From contig CAWEXP010000008.1 of assembly GCA_963813065.1 (NCBI GenBank), positions 73,289 to 137,288 on the forward strand: 64,000 nt of DNA, given 5' to 3'. Shown here piece by piece: positions 31,648-39,810 of the stretch. The stretch is from Candidatus Kaiserbacteria bacterium (GTDB lineage: Bacteria; Patescibacteriota; Minisyncoccia; Phycocordibacterales; Phycocordibacteraceae). Position numbers and translations under genes: made by a program. The notes under the pieces were generated by a model. It worked only from the letters and a program-made list of their open reading frames with translations, ran no database searches and had not been told where the DNA came from. Position 1 is the stretch's first letter, and the number at the start of each line of letters is the position of its first letter.

Positions 31648-32547
31648 ATGGAGTGGTTGGCTAGTTTCAGCTCAACCGGACTGCACTTCCTCCTGGCACT
31701 GTTCGTGGGGGTTATTTCGTTGGTCCATCCAACCCCGTCGCTGGTTTGGCAGACCGTTACTGTATCTCAAGCGTCGACCACCGCACTATCATCTGCCGTG
31801 CAGACGCAAGCTACCCAGCCGTCTGCTATGCAGACACAATCTGTTCAATGGGTGCCAATCGCAGCGGCTTCAAGCACGAGCTACTCGCAAAGCGGTTCGA
31901 TGATCTATTACGAAGGTCAGCAAATCGTCACGGCAGACCCGACTACATTCCATGTTTCGTATGACCCTTTCAGTCCAAACTCATACGCAAAGGACAAGGA
32001 TCAGGTGTACTTCGGTCACGATGCAGGTGTCGATGTTCCCTCTGTCGCAGCCGGAGCCGATGTAATTGCGGGCGCGGACCCGTCGACATTCACGCCGATC
32101 TATGACGCGGCCGGATACTTTACTTTCTATGCAAAGGACAAGAATCGCGTGTTTTATGGTGGTGGGCGTCTTTTCCACACTGAAGCGCTCCCTGCCACTT
32201 TCGTCGTTCTACCAAGCGGCGAGCCACCCGATCCAAACGTTGCTTTTTCAAAGGATCAAAATCATGTCTACACATGGGCCGGGATAGTTGTCGATGCCGA
32301 TCCGGCGTCATTTGTAGTGATTGGAACTGTTCCCTACGCACCAGAGTTCGGCAATAGTGGCCCTGTCTATGCAAAGGACAAGAGCCATGTTTTTGTATCG
32401 GATGGACGAACGCTCGCGAGAGTTATCCCGGGTGCTGATCTATCGAGTTTTGTAATCAGCCCTTATTCAGCAACATCCACCTATGACGCGGAGGACAGCA
32501 ACCACTTCTATCTCGATGGCAGGGTCGTGGCGAATGGCGCCCTGTAA
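31648..32547 (+). CDS. DKNYY-repeat surface protein, cargo of spacer 4
   Basis: N-terminal TM; repeated GADP.TF...YAKDK..VY units. Confidence 0.85.
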   Translation: MEWLASFSSTGLHFLLALFVGVISLVHPTPSLVWQTVTVSQASTTALSSAVQTQATQPSAMQTQSVQWVPIAAASSTSYSQSGSMIYYEGQQIVTADPTTFHVSYDPFSPNSYAKDKDQVYFGHDAGVDVPSVAAGADVIAGADPSTFTPIYDAAGYFTFYAKDKNRVFYGGGRLFHTEALPATFVVLPSGEPPDPNVAFSKDQNHVYTWAGIVVDADPASFVVIGTVPYAPEFGNSGPVYAKDKSHVFVSDGRTLARVIPGADLSSFVISPYSATSTYDAEDSNHFYLDGRVVANGAL

Positions 32548-32704
32548 CGAGAAGTCGCGATCAACCCACGTGTCAATTGACCTTTCGTTGTAACCCTAAA
32601 CTACGATTGCACGAAGGTCGCTCGTCATCCCGAAATGCTGACTTCAAAAAAGTCGGTTGCATAAAAGCCTTGAACGTCATTTGGTGCGAGGGAATTGTTA
32701 GGGC

Positions 32705-32741
32705 GTTGCACAATATCCTTTTTCCGAAGGTGGTGTGCAGG
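32705..32741. repeat. Repeat R5
   Basis: Exact copy. Confidence 0.98.
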
Positions 32742-33176
32742 TTCGCTGGATCTCTAAATAGCGCTGGGCAACAGGTCGAGTCATTCATTGGTATTGTTGA
32801 AAATGGTTTTTTCGACTGGCTTAGCACATACGGCCAATCAGTTGGTGGCGGAGCGTTTGGGCAGGCCGCCGGGATTACAAATACGGCAATAGAGACAGCA
32901 AAGGTCGTAGCCGAAATTCTAGATGACGCCATAAAGTCAAAACCGGCGACTCGGCAATATCTCGATTACGAACTCCAATCATTCTGCAACGGCTCGACTT
33001 GTAGCGCGTCCCAGCTGGCCCAAGCTGCCAACGACCTCAATCAATACTCCGACGCAAAGGTTGGATTGAATCTCGTAAAACAAGGATTTGCATTGCCTAG
33101 CATGACCGAAGTCGAGTTCCTTCAGAATGCGCTAACGCAATACGCTCTTGAAAAGGGCTACAAGGTGGTAAACTGA
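32742..33176 (+). pseudogene. C-terminal fragment of a larger protein, starting at repeat R5
   Basis: Open frame from the repeat edge to TGA at 33176 with no early ATG. Confidence 0.5.
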
Positions 33177-33244
33177 GTGGGCATTCACTGGGGAAGTTCT
33201 CAACCCGTGAGGCGACTTGCGCTACGTAATATCAACATCATTTT

Positions 33245-33895
33245 ATGTTTCTCATTCCGAAAGTCACATTTTATTCGTCCGCGGCATGTCTCGGCCTACT
33301 GGCGATAAGCATTGCGGTTTTTGCAATTCGCAGCGACCAACGACTACATACGCTTCCATCGGATCAGGATAGATTTGTAGCTGATTGCCTAGGGGCCAAT
33401 AGTCTCGTCACCGCATCAGATACGACCTTGTGGGCAACGTATCAAACAGCCGATGTTGTTGGAATTCCAGCGTTAAACTTCAAATATCCTAAGGGTTTCG
33501 GAATTCCGCAGTCCAAGGTGGCGGATGGTACTGAGGAAATTCTGTTTTATGACTCGATGGGAGCAATAGGTTCCCCCCTGCCATTTTGCTCCGCACTTGT
33601 CGTTGTTCCCATCAGGCTAAAACCGGATCAATCACTAGATTCGCTCGTTGCGGAACAAGCTCTCCCTATCGAAAAATTTAAAGTCACCAATCAGTTCGTC
33701 ATTAATGATTATCGCGTGGTAAGCCAAGCAGCAGCCCCTAATGCGTCAACAATTGACTACTACGTCCAGATGAATGGCGACCAAGTTTTGGACTTTGTCT
33801 TTTCGCGTTCAGGTCCCGACGGCAACTTAAATCAAATGTCAGAATACGCTGCGCTCAGCAAGCAAATCATGTACACGGTGCAGTTCACGCCTTAG
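33245..33895 (+). CDS. Membrane-anchored hypothetical protein (PsbP-like pattern)
   Basis: N-terminal TM, W.TY...FKYP, and C-terminal QIMYTVQF. Confidence 0.65.
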   Translation: MFLIPKVTFYSSAACLGLLAISIAVFAIRSDQRLHTLPSDQDRFVADCLGANSLVTASDTTLWATYQTADVVGIPALNFKYPKGFGIPQSKVADGTEEILFYDSMGAIGSPLPFCSALVVVPIRLKPDQSLDSLVAEQALPIEKFKVTNQFVINDYRVVSQAAAPNASTIDYYVQMNGDQVLDFVFSRSGPDGNLNQMSEYAALSKQIMYTVQFTP

Positions 33896-33949
33896 CGTGC
33901 GGCTTCCCTGCCTAATCAGTCAGTGACTTCTGCTCAAGCATGTGACAAA

Positions 33950-34073
33950 GCGGCCTCGGTAACACCGAGGCCGCGGAAAAAACAGGGTTACAATCCTTAT
34001 TGACCAGCTTTCGCCGCCGAAAGCTGCATGAGGTATTCGACAGCCTCTTGCGCCTTGCTCGCGGCGGTGAAGA
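33950..34073 (-). pseudogene. ArdC C-terminal remnant plus terminator hairpin, cut at repeat R6
   Basis: FTAASKAQEAVEYLMQLSAAKAGQ* (34071-33997) resembles the ArdC tail 'IFTAASxAQxAxDYL'; hairpin at 33950-33974. Confidence 0.7.
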
Positions 34074-34110
34074 GTTGCACAATATCCTTTTTCCGAAGGT
34101 GGTGTGCAGG
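34074..34110. repeat. Repeat R6 (cas-proximal)
   Basis: Exact copy; 32 bp from the cas2 stop. Confidence 0.98.
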
Positions 34111-34142
34111 GACAGGTGAATACTGGCTGGAATCGCGGATTT

Positions 34143-34439
34143 CTAGACAATTTCAAAAGACTTAGCATTATATTGCTCCTCAATAGTGGCGCTGGCAGTC
34201 GAGTTCGTCGCGCATGATTTGCAGGAGGCGAGTAGGTGCAGACGGTCTCGCTTTCCTGATAGCAATGATAACATTCGCGCCTCGAACTCCCGACGTTCTT
34301 TAAAGGAAAGGCGTCCGACGTAGAGTGTTGGTTGCAGCTTGGACAGAGCATAATTTTTGGAGAACTGCTCTGCCTGAGCCTGCCGCTTTTTGTTAGCGGT
34401 TCGCCACGCGGCGATAGTGAGGAAGCCTGGATCACTCAT
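34143..34439 (-). CDS. cas2: Divergent Cas2-like protein
   Basis: 98 aa with an ATGA overlap with cas1. KKRQ..EQFSKNYALSKLQPTLYVGRL..ERREF..DRLHLL..CKSC aligns with the Cas2 pattern, but the catalytic YD is absent. Confidence 0.7.
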   Translation of the reverse strand: MSDPGFLTIAAWRTANKKRQAQAEQFSKNYALSKLQPTLYVGRLSFKERREFEARMLSLLSGKRDRLHLLASCKSCATNSTASATIEEQYNAKSFEIV

Positions 34440-35488
34440 GGTGCGTACTCGAAGGGTATATACATCGTCTCTTTCTCCATAAATATCCGCGCGAGGAGCT
34501 CGCTCTGCTCGGTAATCGCGGCTTTGAGCGTGCGGCGCTTGCCGCGATGGGGCACCTTGAGCTCAAGGTGCTTGAGTACCGCCTCGACCACTTTGCTTTT
34601 ACCTTGCGCCGAGAGCCGATATTCGTTTTTGCTGACCTGCTCAAAGTCGCCACGCTTGCCGAGCTCTTTGGAGATGAAAAGAGGAATGACGGCGGCATCG
34701 ACGGCTGGCACGCGAAACTCCTCGATGAGGTCCAAGACGAGCGCTGGCTTGCCATATCGTTCGGAGTGGTAGAGACCGAGGTATGGGTCGAGGCCGATAT
34801 AGAGGCAGGCGCGCTCAATCTCATTGTAGAGGATACCGTAGCCATAGTTGAGCGCGCTATTGAACTTGTCACGGCCCTGCGGGATGCGACCGGGGAACTT
34901 GAAGAGTAATCTCATGCTTTGCCAATAGCGTTCGGCGATAGAGCCCTCGAAGCCGAGCAGCTCCTCATTTGCGCGATTGCTCGGGAGCAATTTTGCGATT
35001 GACTCAAACATCGTCTCTGCCTGCATGCGTTCCTTGGCATTTTCCGCTCCGTACCGGTCGGTGAGGTGACGCATAAAGCGGATTTGGTTGCGGCACTTGC
35101 CGATGACAAACGTGCGCGCGAGTTCAAACGATTTGGTCGGGTCGGAGGAAACTGCCAGCTGTGCGCGGCGTAGCGTCGCGAGCCCCTTCGGGTCGCTGGA
35201 GAATATGCGCCCGACCGGCTTGCCGAACGCACCGAGATAAACGATGTCCACCTCATGTGCTAACGCGAGCTGTACCGCATGCATGGAGATAGAGGATGGG
35301 CGCAGTATGACAATTTTACTCAACCTACGAATTGGGTATTCTTTCTTCACGCGCGGCGGCTTCGGGAGCCCTATTGCTCGGCGTTTCCGGCCCCTCGGCA
35401 ATGGCGGTTTGGGCCCGGGGAGGGAGATGGTAATCCGCTCGCCCGTCGCGCCGATAAATGTGCCGTAGGTGTCTATCAGCAAATCCAT
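34436..35488 (-). CDS. cas1: CRISPR-associated integrase Cas1
   Basis: GKPVGR, K..NQ, LLGFEG (E), D.FNSALNYGY, GLDPYLGLYH (H), LVLDLIEEFR (E). Confidence 0.95.
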   Translation of the reverse strand: MDLLIDTYGTFIGATGERITISLPGPKPPLPRGRKRRAIGLPKPPRVKKEYPIRRLSKIVILRPSSISMHAVQLALAHEVDIVYLGAFGKPVGRIFSSDPKGLATLRRAQLAVSSDPTKSFELARTFVIGKCRNQIRFMRHLTDRYGAENAKERMQAETMFESIAKLLPSNRANEELLGFEGSIAERYWQSMRLLFKFPGRIPQGRDKFNSALNYGYGILYNEIERACLYIGLDPYLGLYHSERYGKPALVLDLIEEFRVPAVDAAVIPLFISKELGKRGDFEQVSKNEYRLSAQGKSKVVEAVLKHLELKVPHRGKRRTLKAAITEQSELLARIFMEKETMYIPFEYAP

Positions 35489-35630
35489 TGGCGAAAAAAT
35501 ACCACCGCACTTGACCGATAGTCAAGAGACTTGCTTTGTCCTCCGCGGGGGGGGGGTTCGAACCCGCGTATGCTATCATATAAAGGTAGTCGTCAAACTT
35601 GACTACAAGTGGTAGTGTTCGGCGAGACAT

Positions 35631-35702
35631 GCGCCCGTAGCTCAGCGGTAGAGCAAGAAGCTTTTAACTTCGAGGTCGGTGGTTCGATCCCACCCGGGCG
35701 CA
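35631..35702 (+). tRNA. tRNA-Lys(UUU)
   Basis: Cloverleaf; anticodon loop CTTTTAA; GGTTCGATCC. Confidence 0.92.
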
Positions 35703-35703
35703 C

Positions 35704-36534
35704 ATGACTGTTTCTTTTCGAGAGCGGTGTCGAGCTCTGCGCCAGCAAGGCAAGAGGATCATTGAGATTGTGAAGATAACTGACCGGGCCAAATCTTCTG
35801 TCTATACGCACATACGAGACATGCCCCTTAGTGCGGACCGGATGCGGGCAGTGCGCGTTGCATCGGGGCGGCATATTCGGCTCTATGCGCTCGCGAGAAA
35901 GGGAAAGAGTGCGCGAAAGTTTAGGACATTCAAAAAATGGACGCCCGAGCTGGTGCTCCTCGTTGCCCACTTATTGTTTGACGGCGAAATATATCGCGGC
36001 GGAATCTACAACAACCGAAACACCGCGCTTATTGAACGCGTTGAGCAATACATGCGAATACTGTACGACTATGAACCGAAACGGTATACGAATCCCCTGA
36101 CGGGTGTGCATCGGATTAGTTATCATAATGTAGAATTCGGCGCGTTTCTAAAAGCAAAATCTCGAGAGTTACTTACGAAAGTAAAACGAATGCCGCCCGA
36201 GCTAAAACGAGAATTTTTGCGAGCATTTTTCGACGACGAGGGATGCATGGACTATCGGCCCAATGAAAATCGGAGAATGGTACGCGGGTACCAAAAAGAT
36301 GTCAGAATTCTCAAGCTCGTAAAAACGCTCCTGCAAGATTTCAGAATCTCCGCTCGTATAGTGAGACCGAACGAGGTGGTGATTGTGGGAAAAGAGAATC
36401 TAAAACGATTTCAATGCGAGATCAACTTCTCTCGCGGCATTTTTATGAACGGCGATCGCCCAAATAGTCGCTGGAAAAAACATATGGAAAAACGCGAGCT
36501 GTTGCGGCTCGCCATTGCGTCATTTAAAAATTAG
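35704..36534 (+). CDS. HTH + LAGLIDADG homing-endonuclease-like protein
   Basis: LVAHLLFDGE and FLRAFFDDEG motifs. Confidence 0.8.
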   Translation: MTVSFRERCRALRQQGKRIIEIVKITDRAKSSVYTHIRDMPLSADRMRAVRVASGRHIRLYALARKGKSARKFRTFKKWTPELVLLVAHLLFDGEIYRGGIYNNRNTALIERVEQYMRILYDYEPKRYTNPLTGVHRISYHNVEFGAFLKAKSRELLTKVKRMPPELKREFLRAFFDDEGCMDYRPNENRRMVRGYQKDVRILKLVKTLLQDFRISARIVRPNEVVIVGKENLKRFQCEINFSRGIFMNGDRPNSRWKKHMEKRELLRLAIASFKN

Positions 36535-37476
36535 TACGTGAATGCGTCCACGGTCTTACCCGAAGCGTCGAGGAGTTTTACTTCCTCGTGTTGTGGTCGC
36601 CACATACTAGAGCTACGACCAAGATAGATGCGCCAGGTGTTGCCCTCGAAGTCGGCGTCGGTACGGTGCTCCTGTACACAGCCGTTGTAATTGAGGTACG
36701 TGGTGAGGAAGGTCTGGCACGCGCCCGAGACGGTGGTGGGCGGCGTGAGTTGTGCCGAACAGCGCGAGAGCTTGTTTACGTAATTAATGCAGGCGACATC
36801 GCGCAGATAGTCAGGATAGTTCGCGAGGAGCTCGGTGGAAGGTGTGGGGCAGGTGAGGGGGAGTGCCGGTGAAAATTTCTGATACGTGCTGAAATAGCCG
36901 ATGCACTTATTCTCGCGGAAAGAGGCGCCGATGGGCGAGGAGCCGGAGACGATAATCGCAGTGTCACCGGGTTTGAGCGTAATATCCTGTACTGCTTGGA
37001 TGGTGCCCGAGAGCGGAACCTCGGTGCCCTCAGGGATCGTCGAGGCGTTACCACTCGCGGCACTCTCGATGGTCCAACCCGCGAGATTGACGGGTGCGCT
37101 CGCGGTCGAGGAGAGGCGGAATCTCAACCGACTCTTTTGCGGGAGTGCTCCCCGCGCCCGAGACATAGCCGTCGAGCAGAACGCTCCCGCGGTAGGGCGA
37201 CGGAGTGCCGAAGGCAATACCCGCGATTGGTGAGGGGGTGCCACTCGTGCTTCCACTGGTCTCAGTGCCAGCCGAGGAGCCGTTCAGGGTGATATTGGAA
37301 TTGCCGATGGTGAAAGGGGCCTGGGGGAGTGAGAGGTAGGTGCCGCCGCCGAGAACGCCCGGCTCGGAGAGTCGCGGGCCGCTGAGCGCGAGCTGATGGT
37401 TCGGGCCACCAGTAGCCGCCCAGATAAGGAACACGAATACGAATATGCCGATGAAGAAAAAGGCATCGTGTTGCAT
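36531..37476 (-). CDS. Membrane-anchored lamin-tail-like domain protein (frameshifted near 37120)
   Basis: Two overlapping ORFs; VNLAGWTIES, FRENKCIGY, LLDASGKTVD. Confidence 0.55.
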
Positions 37477-37478
37477 AC

Positions 37479-38755
37479 CTAAGATGATAGCAGGCGTTTG
37501 AGCTCTTCGCGCACGACCGCGGCGTCGCTCCAGGGCGTTTTCTTTCCGTGCGCTTCCATGATGTACGGGTCAGTACCTTTGCCAGAAATGAGCACTGCAT
37601 CGCCCGGGCGCGCCGCGCGGAGCGCGGCGCGTATGGCCTCGCGGCGATCCATAATGATCTCCGGCTTTTTCTCTTTCATACCCGCAGCCATTTCTTGGAT
37701 AATTTTCTCTGGTGATTCGTCGTACGGGTCTTCGTTGGTGAGGATGACGTGCGCGCACTCGTGCTCGGCAATCTGCGCCATCAGGGGGCGCTTCCAGGTG
37801 TCGCGACCGCCACCCGTGTTCCCAAGCACGCAGATCTTGCGCTCGGTGGGGAAAGCGCCATACAGCGCCGTGAGTGAGTCGGGTGTGTGCGCGTAGTCGA
37901 CGACCGCGATGAAATCTTGTCCGGCATCAATGCGTTCGACGCGTCCGCGCACGACCGGGAGTTCTGCGAGCGCTTTTGCAGATATTTTCTGGTCAACGCC
38001 AAACGCGTTCGCCATCTTTATTCCCGCAAGCGCGTTCATTGCGTTGAAGGTGCCGGCAATCGGAAGGAGAAACTCTCATCAGAATATTTGAAATGTACAC
38101 GGTGATTGTCGCTCGCAAGCTCCGCAAGCTCGCTCCGCGAGAATCCGATTGTTTCGGAAACTGTGGCATCAAGAAATTTTTTCGTCTCGGGCACGTCCTC
38201 ATTTGAAACGAGTACGCGACGGCGTTTGGGCGAGTGTTCGAGGGTCGCGACAATCGCGCGTTTCGCGGCCACATACTTATCGAAGCCGCCATGGCTCTCG
38301 AGGTGTTCGCGCTGGATGTTCGTCACGATGAGCCCGTCGAGGTCGAGGAACCAGTGGCGATAATTCAACGTACTTTCAGAGGTGACCTCGACCACTACGT
38401 GTGTGCACCCGGCGCGAAGTGCTTTGCGCAGAAACTTTTGCGCGAAGCCGCGGCCCTGGAGCGTCATTTTAAATTTATTCGGCTCCGATTCGTCCTCAAT
38501 CGCGAAGCGAATGGTTGAAAGCAGTGCCGTTTTGTATCCTTTCGCGCGCAGGATGGCGAAGAAGCATCTCGGCGGTCGTCGACTTGCCCTTGGTGCCCGT
38601 GATGCCGATAACCGTCAGCCGGCGAGCGGGAAGCCGTAGGCGAGCGCCATGAGGAACGCAAGCGATGCGTGATACGCCGGTCGCAGTGGCCGCACCACCG
38701 ACTCCGGCACAATCTGCTTCAAAAAGCGCACGACGACGTCGACGAGTCCGTACAT
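37479..38755 (-). CDS. murE: Mur ligase MurE (several frameshifts)
   Basis: GITGTKGKSTT, EVTSE, TNIQREHL, DYAHTPDS, NEDP and GKG spread across frames. Confidence 0.85.
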
Positions 38756-39311
38756 ACCTGAGCCGCCGGAGGAGAGTGCCGCGCGCAGTCGCGCCTCTTT
38801 GCCGGCAATGTGCTCGGCGATGCCCGAGACTGCGCGCCTCGCCTCGCGTTCGGTGTAGCCGAGCGCGACCAACGTGTCGAAGACTTCGGCATCATCGCCA
38901 CTGCCGCCGCTCTTCGTATCGCCCATTTTCTCGGCAAGCTCGACCGCGAGCTTTTCTGCCGATTTCTTGCCGAGTCCGGCGACGCGCGTCAAATAAGTAA
39001 TATCGCGACGCGCGATGGCGCGTTCGAGCCCCTCGCGCGGAGAGCGGCGGAGAATCCCGAGCGCAGTCTTGGGTCCGATGCCCGAGACCGAGAGCAATTT
39101 CTCGAAGAAGTCGCGGTCGGCGACATCGCTGAATCCGTAGAGATTCATGCCGTTCTGCGAGATCGCGAGGTGTGTCGCGAGTGTTGCCTTCACTTCCCTC
39201 GGCCAGCCCTTCGGTTGAGGCAACGAAAACTTCGATACCGAAGCCTGCGACCTCGACCACCACGCTCGCAAGACCGAGCGAGAGCACCTTTCCGCGAATC
39301 TGCCGAATCAT
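38756..39311 (-). CDS. ruvA: RuvA (frameshift near 39190; stop unclear)
   Basis: MIRQIRG..VVVEVAGFG, LYGF, LLSVSGIGPKTA, GLGKKSAEK, LVALGY. Confidence 0.88.
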
Positions 39312-39369
39312 GCATCCATAGTACCGCAAACCTTGCATAATTGCCCCGCATCCCGTAAGGTAATCGCAC

Positions 39370-39615
39370 ATGGCAATCACCAGCTCAGCGAAGAAAGCAA
39401 TCCGCGTCAGTGCGCGGAAGCACGTCTTTAACCTCCGTCGCAAGGATGCGCTCTCGCGCACGACGAAATCTTTTACCAAGGCACCTACCACTGCCAGCCT
39501 CTCGGCCGCTTACAAGGCAATCGACAAGGCCGCCAAGCAGAACGTCATCACCAAGAACACCGCCTCGCGCAAGAAGAGCCGCCTCGCCAAAGCGCTCGCA
39601 AAAGTTTCTAAGTAA
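39370..39615 (+). CDS. rpsT: 30S ribosomal protein S20
   Basis: SAKKAIR, AIDKAAK, KNTASRKKSRL. Confidence 0.95.
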   Translation: MAITSSAKKAIRVSARKHVFNLRRKDALSRTTKSFTKAPTTASLSAAYKAIDKAAKQNVITKNTASRKKSRLAKALAKVSK

Positions 39616-39810
39616 TTGTGTGTCCCGCCTCGGCCTCGAACTTCGCCGCGTGCCGAGGGTTTTTGAACGAGTTAAATAAGACGGAGTCGAACCCCCGCAG
39701 TCGGGCACGATGCTATTGACACTTAGCATTCAACCTGCTAACATATAATCCAGATTGGGCAATTTGCTCGAACTCTGTCTGGCTATCGACAGCGATCTTT
39801 GGAGAAATCA

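Larger units (their letters stand above)
24387..34110 (-). CRISPR. CRISPR-like array: 6 repeats of 37 bp separated by 5 giant (1.3-3.1 kb) gene-containing spacers
   Basis: Repeats start at 24387, 27498, 29912, 31289, 32705 and 34074; adjacent to cas2-cas1. Strand is inferred from cas orientation and the ...GCAAC 3' end. Confidence 0.85.

Noticed and set aside
32577-33176. 199-aa ORF spanning R5, and other ORFs containing LHNILFPKVVCR or HTTFGKRILCN
   Set aside because: These peptides are translations of the repeat itself and reflect chance read-through.
24387-34110. Classical integron with attC sites and the 29310 recombinase as IntI
   Set aside because: The repeats are near-identical 37-mers without the RYYYAAC...GTTRRRY layout. 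The recombinase is short, lacks the IntI-specific insertion and lies inside a spacer. Genes are cut at the repeats.
34111-34142. The 32-bp cas2-R6 gap as a normal-size spacer
   Set aside because: No seventh repeat, even a degenerate one, was found on its far side.
24387-35488. Casposon
   Set aside because: No family B polymerase, TIRs or flanking target duplication seen; cas1 is paired with a cas2-like gene.
38615-39271. RuvA-MurE fusion protein
   Set aside because: It lies in a frameshift-rich stretch and is most likely an indel artefact.
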